Below, piece after piece: positions 22,334-34,894 of a DNA stretch of 64,000 nucleotides (its first letter is position 1; the number at the start of each line of letters is the position of its first letter). Where the stretch lies: assembly GCA_038496445.1 (NCBI GenBank), contig JALMLS010000174.1, forward strand, positions 1 to 64,000, given 5' to 3'. The notes beneath the pieces were generated by a model. The model ran no database searches. It saw only the letters and a list, made by a program, of their open reading frames with translations, and had not been told where the DNA came from. The translations under genes were made by a program, and so were the position numbers. Source of the stretch: Trichosphaerium sp. ATCC 40318. Taxonomy: Eukaryota > Protista > Tubulinea.

Positions 22334-24260
22334 AACAAAACTTTCAAAGTAGAAAGAGGCACTGGTCAAGGTAATCCCCTCTCTCCCACACTGTTCGCTA
22401 TCATGTTAGAGCCGCTCAACAGAATGATTAATCAATGCAATGATGTCAAAGGTGCTCAAGCCATTTTTCTTCTCCTCAAACAAATCCTCTTTGCTGACGA
22501 CGCATTGCTAACCTCCTCATCCTCCTCTGATATTACGCTTTGCCTAGATATGATTAACAATTACTCTAAAGCATCTGGATTGTTCTTGAACAAAGCCAAA
22601 TGCTTTCAAATTAACGTTGTCAAAGATATAGAACAAGTACTTCCCTCTGCTTCTATTACTAAATACTTAGGCTTTGATTTGTCACCAGGTACCTCTCTCA
22701 CCTTCAACTTTCATAAGGCATTAGACGGTATCATCAAGTCTTTGAACTCATGGAAACCCTATGCTAGAACTCTCAAGGCCAAGCACTCAATACTCAGGAC
22801 GTATGCCCAATCACGTATCTTATATTTTGCTAGACCTCTGCAGATACCTTTGTGTATTGATAAGCAATGGCGTAACATTGTCAACTGGTTCATGTTTTAT
22901 GGCTATTATGACAGTGCTAACAATGTTTCCAAAGTCTACAATAACAACCACACTTATCGTTCTTCCTTAGGTTCTAGGACTGCTCTCCCTTTCCACTTGG
23001 GTGGGCTGTCTATCCCTGATATCTCCACCATAGCTGACAATTTTAAAGCTTCTCTTTGGTCTAGGCACCTCAACACAATCACACTGTATTCCGATCTCTG
23101 GGAATCTGGTCTTTCTGAAATAGGAAACTATTGTCATGACCAATGGCTCAAATTAGGTCGTGGTGTAAAAATTCCTCCTAATCAAACCTATGTCAAAGTC
23201 TCAGACATTGTCAAACATAATACCCCTGCTTCCAACCAGATTCACTGGCCACCTACTCTTCAAGCAATGATAGATCTAGGCTGGAAAGTTCATCTTATGC
23301 TCAAGTCTGTCAGTAAGCTTAGGGGAGTCAATAAACCTAGAGATATTCTTTGGAGATATCTGCTCAAGCTCCTTCCAGTCAAACATTCTGATGTTAAGTA
23401 TCCACTACACTGTCATTGTTTATTTTTTGAATGGGAATATGCTAATGCTATAGGTAGTATGCTCATCAAACACATTTCACCCTTCTTATCCTCCTGGTCT
23501 TTTAACACTCTTAAACTAACCACTAACAAAGAAAAAGCCATTCACATCAGCTCCATCATGCATTGCATTTGGAAGTGTCGCAACTCTCTTCTTCATGATG
23601 AAGCAACTCCAGTAGTTCACAAAGTTCTTTTCTGGCACCAACAAAATATTCTTGTTGCACTCAACATTGACAATTCACAGTGTGAAAATCCCCCAGATGA
23701 AGAAAAGTTCACTTATGTTGGCAATTTCTGGAAGTCCACGGGCTGGTTGGCAGATATCACCGATACCTGGGAAGATTGGGGTGCAGGCTTACCTCCTCCA
23801 CCTGAACCTCCTCCTTTACCAACTACACCTTCTAAAAACACCTATACAGTAGTAAGTACGTGGCACGTACGTATATAGTACGTGTGAAAAGTACGTGCCA
23901 CGTACGTATATTGTACGTGTGAAAAGTACGTGCCACGTACGTATATTGTACGTGTGAAAAGTACGTGCCACGTACGTATATTGTACGTGTGAAAAGTACG
24001 TGCCACGTACGTATATTGTACGTGTGAAAATCCCGATTTCACTACTGTATTAATTCAATTACTAACCACTTAACCCCCATTATTAGGTATAAAAGGAAAA
24101 AACACAACTATTACTCAAACTATGAAAGTTCAGATGAATGGGATGATGATCCATACTTTGATTTGTAAAAACCTAATGTAACCCAATTGCATGCGTGGTT
24201 ATTGTCGTCCACAGCACAATAAACCCACCTTTTTTTTGAAAAAAAAAAAAAAAAAAAAAA
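22334..24260 (+). mobile_element. 5'-truncated non-LTR retrotransposon (L1/Tx1-like ORF2: RT C-half + C-terminal Cys/His region) with poly(A) and 15-bp TSD
   Basis: Motifs RGTGQGNPLSPTLF, LFADD, KYLG, LGGLSIPD and IWKCRN. AATAAA, then A-tract 24239-24260. TSD ATTTGTATTATTTTG at 22319-22333 and 24261-24275. Confidence 0.95.
23847..24047. mobile_element. MITE family C (201 bp) made of five 35-bp tandem repeats, TA TSD, inserted in LINE ORF
   Basis: TA|CAGTAGTAA + (GTACGTGCCACGTACGTATATTGTACGTGTGAAAA)x5 (first unit has two substitutions) + TCCCGATTTCACTACTG|TA. Confidence 0.9.
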
Positions 24261-24484
24261 ATTTGTATTATTTTGTCCAAGAGAGTAAAAAGACTGACAT
24301 AGATCATATAACTTTTCCACATTACCAAGATGTTTTTTCTTTGTCACATACATGAATATCTTTAGGCCCTTTTATATCTGAAATGTTGCTGCAAAAATCT
24401 TTGTTGTAAGCCTAATATGTACATTAATATTATGATAACACAAAAAAAGTGATATGTAAAATGTTTGAAAGGCTTACAATGTTA

Positions 24485-24750
24485 CAGTGGAATCAAACAG
24501 TGTGCAAATTGCATGTTTTGGACATGCATATTGCACATTTTGGGCATGCATAAAACACCATTTTGTAGAGAAAAAAGAAAATAATGATTTATTACAATAC
24601 ATAACAAATCCAATAATCATCTTTAAAAAGGGATTTAATGGAGTTATTGAGCCATAATATCCTTAAACTACCCTAAATACCTATTTTCTATCATTTTTGC
24701 TTTAAAAAGACACCAAACCCAAACCACCATGAAACCATGCATTGTACCTA
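24485..24750. mobile_element. Truncated, CpG-decayed family-A copy
   Basis: Matches the left end and ~19700-20100 of the long copy, with deletions. Confidence 0.7.
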
Positions 24751-24864
24751 AATATACATAATGTTACATTTTCTGAGCAGTTCATACAGTTAGACCAAAG
24801 TTATGCAATAAAACAACAAAATTCAGCAAAAAGCTACACATACATTGTATGGGAAAAAGAGGTG

Positions 24865-25290
24865 TATACCTTGAGTGTATTTTCATTCCAACTATTAAGT
24901 GCAGAAATGTGCTCAATAAGCATATTGCCTACAGTGGTGGAATCGGACAGAACGTGAATCGCACGTTTTGGGCACGTTTATTGCAAATATACAACACGCA
25001 AATGGCACGTTTTGGGCACTTTTTGGGCACGTTTATTTTCCACGCAAATGGCACATTTTAAGCGTGCGTATTTTGTCCGATTCCACCACTGTACAGCTAC
25101 CACATAATTCCATGAAGAAAAAACAATGATGCTGAAGTGGGTATTGTGAGTTTGAATGCTTAACAGGAAGTAGTTTTAGTAAAAAGCCATAAAATGTCAC
25201 ATGGCCTATTGATTTCCAAGAAAACTGACAGATTTCAACATTTTGTGGAGTTTCCATCCTTTATCTCTCAATGTGGGGGGGCCTTAAGTT
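24865..25290 (-). pseudogene. Decayed LINE copy split by short family-A element
   Basis: Minus translation PPTLRDKGWKLHKMLKSVS..LLPVKHSNSQYPLQHHC..|GNMLIEHISALNSWNENTLK, with frameshifts, aligns to the intact LINE. Confidence 0.85.
24932..25091. mobile_element. Family-A element, short form (160 bp), perfect TA TSD
   Basis: TA|CAGTGGTGGAATCGGACA ... TGTCCGATTCCACCACTG|TA. Confidence 0.92.
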
Positions 25291-26280
25291 GTCTATTCTC
25301 TGCCATGCTTTAAACTTGCCTCAGCTTGTTGTTAGTGACCTTCATGAATATTTGTAATCATTGTTAAGAAGTACAATGGAATGTAGTTATTCAGTAAACT
25401 AGAATCATTTTTTTTGTATAGAAGGCAAATGATACCTCTACCAAACCACTTGTATCAATAAAAAGTGAAAACAAATGTCTAGTGATAGATGATCCAAGGT
25501 TTTTAAACAAACACATGCCCACACCATCTGGACCAAAAGCTTTGTTTGATGGCAAGGATTTGACAGCAGATAGTATTTTTTTTTTGTAATGGGCTTTGAC
25601 TTACTGGCAAAAATATGTACTTTGCAATAAACCTTCCAATAGGACAGAAAATCTGACAAGTCTGGTGGGTGGTTAAGTGTCTAAGTTCCTTTATACTTTG
25701 TGAAGCTTGCTTGCCTTCAAGTACTTTGGTAATGTATGGTGAATGAGTTTTCTCATTGGTACCACAAGAGATTTGGGAACACATGTATAAAAACTTGCAT
25801 CTTTCTGCCATGAGTTTATTATACTTAACTTCTTCTGCCAACAAGATAATATCATCATTAACAACCTTAAGAGTGTGTACTTCCTCCAAAAATTGTTGCA
25901 CAAGTTAAAAAACAGGTTTTGATTGGCTTTAACATCTTTCAAGAGGGCGACTTTGAGTTTGTTGTACTCAGACAGAAGTGACAATCCATTCATTCAACAA
26001 CTCACACAAAATGGTGGAAACACATGACAGAAAACTAACAAGGTATGGTCAAACACTCTGACTTGCAATACCCATTTTGTAGGTATTGTTTTGTTTTTTT
26101 TTTTGAAAATTGAGAATATGCCTTCACTATTGGTAATATGTTAATTAAACACATTTCTATAGAATTGTCAGGATTGTCTTCTGAGATAATCAAACACTGT
26201 ACCAACAAATTCACATATGTTTTTTCATACATTGCACAAAAATGCAAATATAAATGGATTTAGGACTAGGAGACAACACT

Positions 26281-28526
26281 TTATTGTTGTGTATGGTCAT
26301 ATGGTTTAAACAAGGAGGTAAATTTTTTGGCTGTTTCTGTTTCTTTTTTTGTTGATTCAACACATTTAATCCAGGATGCATACTCTGCTCTACCAATTAC
26401 AGTTGTTATAACACGCCTAAGCAGTTTGTTTTAAGTCAAAAATTACTTTATACTTGTATACCTGCAAAATTCACGTGGTGGATAAGTATCATCAACCCTA
26501 CACTGTAATGTGGTGCCATCTGATATCTCAATGTGCAAAAAGTCATTATCACCAACAACCTAAGAGTACAGTTAGTATACAAGCATATATATAAGTAACC
26601 TAGCAATATTTAACACCAAACAACATATTTTTTGACATACACTCTTGAGTGTAGTATCTTTTGCTAGTGGTTCTATTGTTAGCTTTTTCTGTCTGCCATA
26701 ATCTTGAAATACAGCCCGTAAATCCTTCAGTTTATCCTTAGGCACAGCAATAGACTATGAAAGCACCATATATCAGTTTATAAGTTGATTGGCTAACAAC
26801 AATACCTGTACGCCCATGTGTTGCACCCTATTCTGGGTACGTGTGTTACGCTCAAAAAATACAACACCTGAGCCTTGCGCTTCATGCATTGCTATAATGT
26901 TCTTCTTGTAACTATTGCTCTATTAGCCGTTTACTCACCAACGCCAATATGTGTACGCAGCCATTTCCTTCATCTCGTCTTCATTGAGCTCAACTGAGCT
27001 TGCTTTGTGCTCTATTGGCACTTTTGCAAAAACTTTTAGGATTCATTGTATTTCAATATCAAAGACGTACCAATAATAACGTGCTGATTGTCTACAGGTC
27101 CCTTGGCCATCGCAACATACAAGTTATCACTAACACTCACTATGAGATGCCGTTCGATATCCGGGTTTGCGAGACAAAACCAACATTTGTCAGTTGACAG
27201 CTTGCCCTCTGCCAAGTGTTTCGAACGTTCCACCTTCTTACGCTTTCTAGCCCTTTTCGCTTGCTTTTCCTGATTGTTGAGCGTCTCCATATAACCTGTT
27301 GGTATCGCCCATCTAAATTGTTGAGGCTCTACAAAATAGCAAGCGAGTTAGTTCCCTTTACCATTATATTAACTCGCTATTGACGTTTACCTTCACGTGC
27401 TCTCTTCTTTGTATCTTTAGCTGGTAGGTATTTTACAAAAGGAATAGCCGTCGTTGTAGTAGGTATGGCAAGCAAACTCTCCTTGCTTTGTTCTGTGATT
27501 GGTGTCGTAGAAAACGCGTACAAAAACTAAGAGGTTATTAGCAAATTTGATAAGAAATTTTTACATACTTTTTGTTTCTTGGCATTGAACGCATCCCCCA
27601 GTGCATAAAATCTAGTCACTGGCCACTGCTTCTGTACTTTGCCAGTAAACTGTTTCCCATTGCTGTATGGTGGACGCTCATAAAATACAGATTGTCCTGA
27701 AGCGAACTAAAAAAAAAGAGGGCAAAATAAGTGCAATTGCCATTTAAAAATGTTGGTTAAACGCACGTGATATCGTGCTGCCATAAACGTTGCAACACGA
27801 GCCACAACAGGCTTTCCAACTGTATCATATTGCAACAAGGATATAGGTACAGAACCGGACTTGACATCTTTAAGAAGGCCGCGTGGCCAACTGTTCGACA
27901 ACAATACATCCACGCCTCCAAAGTCTTTGTGTTGTATTCTGGTGAGAAGTGCTGCAATGTCCGGATCCAGTCCTTTCTACAATTCCCACGTGATTAGACA
28001 CAATTACACATAGCACTGCATTGGGTTTATTAATATTACCTCTTTGTTGGCGCCTCCAGTTTCGACGAAGCCTATTGAGAAGCCGTCCACCTCAAAAATA
28101 CCAGCTTTGCCGAGATATGTCAAATTTTTGCATAATGTGCCTCCTGTGTTACAGTATTATTATTAAGACGGTATGGTGAGCGACATACCTTTGGTTAAAT
28201 TCATTTTTGACAGATACGCTGCACCATCTCCTTCTGTCGTTATAAAGTACGTAGGAACGGCAACTATTGCAATCAGGTGGTTTACGTGCTTTTATGGCGT
28301 ACTCTCTTTGGACCCATCTACATACGCTTCAATCTCTTTGCTCTTTCCAAAGAACGTGCCCACACATAGAACAAACGCGAAATTGTGCTTTTGGTGAAGC
28401 GAGGCAACTTTTGCGAACAATTTGTCCAAATTACCGTTGAGAGCACCCACAGCCAGTCTTAATGGCTTTAGTGTATAATTGGGGCCTTGTAGCGTACATT
28501 TTGCGGTTGGCAGGTGTAGAACTCAT
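26281..28526 (-). CDS. CWF19L1: CWF19-like protein 1 (Drn1; pseudo-metallophosphoesterase + CwfJ domains)
   Basis: LAVGALNGNLDKLF..VLCVGTFF, VDVLLSNSWP, ARYH, CWFCLANPDIERHLIVSV..YVAMAKGPV, C-terminal FKPYD. Confidence 0.88.
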
Positions 28527-28690
28527 TTTATGTATACTGGCTTATGCGCAACGGTACTACGGTATGAAATTACAGCAATCAAGAAACAAAAAAGTCAATA
28601 AAAGCCAGATTACGTGAAATGTGTTGTGACACTTTGGATTGAGGTACAAAACAAAGACAGTATTTAAAAAACAATTGGGAGGTATTCTAT

Positions 28691-31550
28691 TTAGGATTGT
28701 TTGGCAGGTTGTTTGAGATCTTTCATCAAGAGCATATTTTGACCTTCCTGAACGACGGTACCCTCGGTTATATACACCTCGCTTACAGTAGCATCAGCAA
28801 AGCAGGATATCTTGGTTTCCATTTTCATACTCTCCATAACGAGGAGCGTATCGCCCTTTTTCACGGCATCTCCAGCAGCGACACATATCTTTACAATCTT
28901 GCCTGCCATTTCGGCCTTGTATAGGGCACCTTGCAGTTTTTGTGCAGCCTGTGGGCGACGCAATCGGGGCGCCTTTACAAAAGTGCGTACGCCAAACGCA
29001 TGTGTGTGAACGTGAATCTTGCTCTTGGCTTGGTCAAAGCAGCATCGGTACTCTCTCCTCAACTTGTTCACTATGCAACTCAAAGTAGCAGTAGATACAC
29101 CTGGTGTGTGGCGCGCTTCTGACGTCATGCAGAGTGTCGCTTCTGTTGTGTGTTTCCCATCAATTGTTACAGTGAATGTTGGTACAGGCTTTTCCTGCAA
29201 AACACGGTATGCGATTGTGATTGGCTCATCAAGATAGGACACCGTCACGTGCTGATCCCTACAATTACCCACATCAGTCAACATGCTAACTACTACATTG
29301 TAGAAAGTAACGGGGTCGATGTAATTACCTGTACTGCACATTTCTGAATCCTGAAGGAATGTTACGCCATAAATGTCTTTGTACATTTCTGAGGTGCCTT
29401 CGATGTTGTGGTTAGTTACACAGCGTTGTGTACTTGTAAATTGCTGGGCTTTTGAGCAACAAAATGGTAAGAAAGGAAATCGCACCAATCAAACATTACA
29501 GCAACTGTAGCCATGTCACAAAGACCTTGCAGTGGTAACGCATCGAAAGCAGCACGGGTGTCAGCGAGGAGTTGTGTGCCAATGAGATTTGTTTGATAAT
29601 GGCCAGATAGGAAAGTAGGGTTTTCCAAGACCTAGTAGTAACAACTGTTTGAGTGCACGGTTGAAGCTTTTTGTTTTAAAACATACTTGTAGTAAAAAAT
29701 TTGTATTTGTGCGAATGCCAATCGTCACATTGTGTTGGAGAGCACGTGTCATCTTCATTATTGCTTCATCACGATTCTTGCCAAACGCAGTGATTTTGGC
29801 AACCATTGGATCATAATATATAGAGATATCCGAGCCTATATCATCCATCGCTTTAGCAACAGTTTTCCTAAAGTGCAAACAAAGAATCGTACCTGATGTT
29901 ATACCAGAATCGTAGCGAATAGAGTCCATGTTCACAGGCTTCCAATCTAGAATCTTGCCTACAGCAGGTGCGAAGTTGTTTGTAGGATCTTCGGCGTATA
30001 TACGACATTCTATAGCGTGACCAGCACTTCAATAGTCATTAATATAGGACATTGGTTTGGGGTGGAAATTTGGAATTTAGAATTAAACACATAATTAAAA
30101 GACAAAGAGTTCGATGACTAACCTTGTAATGGCGCTTTGTGTCAATCCCAATTGCTTTAAAGAAATGCCAGACGCGACTTTTATTTGTATTTCGACCAAA
30201 TCCAAGCCGGTTATTGCCTCAGTGATAGGATGCTCGACTTGTAGCCGTGTGTTTACTTCCAAAAAGTAATAATTCTTGTGTTCGTCCACAATCCACTCTA
30301 CAGTACCAGCGTTTCGGTAATTGATCGCGCGGGCAATAGCGACTGATGATTCACCCATGCGCTGGCGCAAATCCTATGCCAATATTTAGCATATAACAAA
30401 AAGCCCAAAAATAAAATCACAACTGGTATAATGGGTCATACCTCATCCACAAAGACACTTGGTGTTTCCTCTATAACCTTTTGATGACGCCTTTGTACTG
30501 AGCAATCGCGCTCGAACAGGTGCACGGTATCACCTGATGTGAGTGTCAATGGGAATATAGTTTGTAAAGGCGTACCATATTCGTCAGCCATGATCTGGAA
30601 CTCAATGTGCTTGACCAATGTAAAGTACTTTTCTAAAAGCACCTTCTCATCTCCAAAAGCTTCTCGCGCCTCCCTTTGTGCGCCTTCTATTTCGCTACGC
30701 AAGTCTTGATCCTTCCATACAACACGCATACCTATGCATTACCAATAAATATCAAATCATTTTTTTTGTGATCGGGACCCAAATTGTGACAGCTGACGTC
30801 TTGGCTGTACAAATGAGACAACGTACCCTTGCCACCACCGCCTGCAGACGCTTTAATGAGTACTGGATAACCAATCTTCTTGGCTTCTGCTATAAGGGTG
30901 GTCATATCCTGCTTGTCACCGTTGTAACTGTATAGTGTGAGTGCGCGGTTAAATTGTAATTTGTTGCTTGGTTGTGTGGAAATGTCAAACGTTGCGCAAA
31001 ACTGTTCTTACCCTGGAATCACAGGAATCTTGTTACTGTACGTCGATGACGTCAGTAGGTTCTTTGCAGCAATTTTGGAACCCATTGCCGCAATACTGGA
31101 TGAACGTGGGCCGATAAATATTATGCCGTTGTTTTCACAAGCTTTAGCAAAGGACTCGTTTTCGGCCAAAAAGCCGTACCCTGTCATAAATGGTTGGGAA
31201 CGTTTTGAATACCAAAAACTTTTGGTTTGTAACTAGTTTATGCTTTTACGCACCAGGGTGAAGAGCATCGGCGCCAGTGCGCTTCGCTGCTTCTATTATT
31301 TTATCTTGGCGTAAGTACGACTCTAGAGATGGCGCTGGCCCAAGCAAAATCGCCTCATCAGCGTATTTAACAAATGGGGCATGTTCGTCTGCTGTGGAAA
31401 ATACAGCTAAACGATTTGCGTTAAAATGTCGCTAATACACCATATATACGTACCAACCGTAGCAATACCAAGCTTTTTACATGTACGCATAACACGAAGG
31501 GCTATTTCGCCTCTATTCGCTACTAAAACCTTGGCTATCCGCTTTTGCAT
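28691..31550 (-). CDS. Biotin-dependent acyl-CoA carboxylase alpha subunit (PCC/MCC/geranyl-CoA type; BC + BCCP)
   Basis: [64 protein letters not shown]; biotinylation motif ESMKME. Confidence 0.9.
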
Positions 31551-31764
31551 GTTATTTGTACCAGTTCGAGACGAAGGAAAAACGTTACAATCAGAGCGCA
31601 AACCACTTAACACAATCCGCTTAAAGACTTCGTAAAATGCATAAAATCCATTACTACAGACTTGTGAACAATAGTACTTTGTATTTATAATTTACAGCTG
31701 GGTAAGGTAATGAGTGTTTCTTTTTTCTTATTTTTTTTCTTATTTGGTGGTGAGATATAGCATT

Positions 31765-34632
31765 TCACTCGCCATCAGAGTCGTACTCCCAGGCGTATCT
31801 CTTTTTCGGTGCAGTTGCTGCTGATGAGCGACGAGGTGGTGGTAGGGCACCTTCGAACATTGAAGGGTTGTTGGCATCAGCACGAGGAGCCGCAGTTTCG
31901 ATGTCCTCTATTTGTCCTAACATATCGTCAATTGATTGTCTTATGTGTAACCGAGTACCAATTGGTTCAGCTGCCTGTTGGTCCCTGCCGAATAGTTTGG
32001 AGAAAAATCCTTTTTTAGGCGGACCCAAGTCTATTGGTTCTATTTCAGGGACGTCATCGAACTACAAACAATTTAAGTGACACGTTACATCAGAAGGAGG
32101 TTGAATGAAACATACCCCATTTGAAGACGAGTTGTGGTGAAGCAATGGTATCGGTTCTTCATCCTGAATAATGGTAGGTCGCTTGCTATTGCTGCTGTGC
32201 GTGTCTGATCCATCAAATTTTACAGGTCTTCTAGATTGTTGCTTCAGTAGTATGTCTTTCTCAAGTTCCAGTAAGGCTTGTCCCCTCTCCACTTGATCAT
32301 CATTAACATCTTCATCGTACTGAAACTGTGATCCAAACTTGAAGCAATTTGCAATGCGTGTCGACAAGTTGAATACAGTGAACATACAGATCAACGCCAG
32401 ACATATTGGGAAGTAAATGTAGAATAGTTGGCCGAGTTTGGGAACCACATTCATTTGACCCATCACCTAAAACACGGGGTGTCACTTTGGAAACCGATTG
32501 CATGAACACAACCGCCACGGTCGTACCCCTAAGAATGCATCTTCGCCCTCGCCTACTTTCTCTTCAAGCCGAGCCATCACTACAAAATTCAATGCCAGCG
32601 GAGGTCCAAGACGACATAGATATCTACACAACAATCAGAATCGAAAATGAGACATTAGGCCTTATGGCGGGTGCGGTGCGTACGCTGCACTGAACAAAAT
32701 ACTATTCTCGTCGCTGTGTTTATGTGGTAGTAATCGGTAGTAATTGAACAACCGCAATCTAAAAAGGCTAGAGAAGGCACAAGCCGCCATGTACAGTACA
32801 CAAGCGAACACCAACAACTAAAAAAGATTTCATATTAGCGCATGCCAGCTAAGAACAAGGACGTACTTCCAATCCTATACTATACAAGCCAGTGCGCAGT
32901 ATGATACTGAAGATAGACACTTTAGGGAAGAAGCCAAAGGTGACTTCGCTCCACAAGACAAGCATTGATAGAACGCCACATACTACTGCCAAACAGCGCC
33001 AGAACCTATCCACAGATCCAAGTTAGAACAATCTCACAAGATGTTGGCTGATCAGAGAGGAGTGTGATGCCGCACCAGGCTGATATGAAGAGTAGCCAAA
33101 ATGACATGAGCTTATTTGAAACACTGGAAGCAGCACCTCGTTCAGTGCGCTTGAATGTCCACTTAATAGTACTCCTACCATGCTCGCGAGCGTGTAAAAT
33201 GTCTTCTAATTCATAGGCGCGTCTCAGGTTGTCTTGGTACAAGCTACAATAACTGATTAGTACCCCAAATACATTTGGTAATAAAATCAAACTCCTAAGT
33301 GTGGTTCATAGCCGTACCATTTGTTTTGATGTGTCTGAAGGGCATACCGCATCAACTTGGCATGAAGCTTCACAAGATCTGAATACGAAGTGCTGACCTT
33401 GTCGCCGCCTGTAACATTGGTGTATTCTTCTTTGCACTGCAAATACCAAAAAGTGAGCACAACCCACTTTCCGACAACCAACAATAAAACTGTGATCTCA
33501 AATTACTTACCAGCAGTCTCGCCTTGGCTACAATTTTGTCCACATACTCTCGTTCAATCGAAGTATCTCTAGTGTCCTCGTCCAAGTATTTTATCGCCTA
33601 CAAACGCGGAAACGAGTCAACAAGCCAATGTTAGAAGCAATAGAGTCAGTACTTTCAAGGTTTTTGTGAGTGACTTGTTGGATGCGTCCAGCTCACTGCG
33701 TAAACTCTGTGCGAGCCATCTACGGTATCTGAGATTGAGGGCGTAATTTCCTCTGCGCCAAACACGGCGTGGTATCTCCACTAGGCCAATACCAAGCATG
33801 CAAATCAAAATAAATAATCCCCACACATTGGACATTGTCATGGCGATACCGTAGGTTTCTTTACTACAAAAGAGGTAGTGAGTAATCAGTTAGAAACAAG
33901 AATCAAAAAAAAATAAGATCCTCTGTTGAAACTTTAGTTTCCAAGGTTAAAAATTTTGTGACATGTTCTCGCAAACGTACAGACTGTGCTTGATAATTGC
34001 AATCCAGATGAAAATGCCTCCGAATATGACACCAACTACACCATAGAATATTATATTTTCACGAATAGACCCCTTGACTCTAGACCATACAGTAAAGCCG
34101 CCGTTGTAGCTGTACGATTGTAGTATCGGATAAACTAGCCTAAAATAAAAAAAAGGTCAGTAAGCAAAATCATCGTTCTCGCCTCTACGAATGGCAACGA
34201 ATGATGCGGTCGCTAGTAACATTCTGTTTTTGCCGTACCATGTGCACACAAAGGTTGTCCAATAAATTGCGTTCCAGGTGCCTTCTAATACCTCTCGACG
34301 CGCGTACGTCACTGGTTCGGTGCAAATAGGCGTTGACGTTGTATTTCCAACACCAGGGATAGTCGTTCCTTTGCATTTTTCGTATATAGCCTACGTGTAA
34401 TACGGGAGTAAGGAATAAACCGTTTTTTCGATAACAAAAAAGTGTTAATGACTTTCCGCACCACAGAGATATCGTTCGGCAGTAGGAACAAAATAAAGAA
34501 CGATAGGAAGTAGCCAAGGCTAGCTGAAAAGTAGATCGCTTTGCGCGTCTTTCTGAACGAGACATACTGTTGAAGGAAATAGAACACCACCACGCTGCAT
34601 ACCAACGCTTCTAATACGTATGGCACCCACAT
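31765..34632 (-). CDS. LMBRD2: LMBR1 domain-containing membrane protein 2
   Basis: ILFLLPNDIS, SNVWGLFILICMLGIGLVEIPR, FRLFNYYRLLP, FYIYFPICL..FTVFNL; multiple TM segments. Confidence 0.85.
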
Positions 34633-34894
34633 AACAGTGAATTGAGTATAAACTGGCCTATTATAGCTAAGCTGTCGGTAATCGCGTTAACTAGTGTCAG
34701 AACACGCCAACGTCAGCACCTAACGGAGATAGGGCGCTTAATAACACCTGCTTAATAGCATTTCACTAAAACTGAACCTGAACGTTTACAAAAAGATGTT
34801 GATATTTCATAGTCTTACTATGCCATAAGAGTTTCATTTTTTTATACTGACACCTACAAGTCTATTCAATGTTTTGGTTTTTTTTTCTACAAGT

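Noticed and set aside
23856-24030. 35-bp repeats as a CRISPR array
   Set aside because: Units are head-to-tail with no spacers, there are no cas genes, and they lie within a TA-flanked TIR element in eukaryotic DNA.
23847-24047. MITE C as a self-splicing introner (contains GTAAGT/GTACGT donor-like sites)
   Set aside because: No AG acceptor or branch site near the right end that would restore the LINE frame.
18000-26400. tRNA gene as LINE target (as for Dictyostelium TRE)
   Set aside because: No cloverleaf or box A/B pair found by eye near the insertions.
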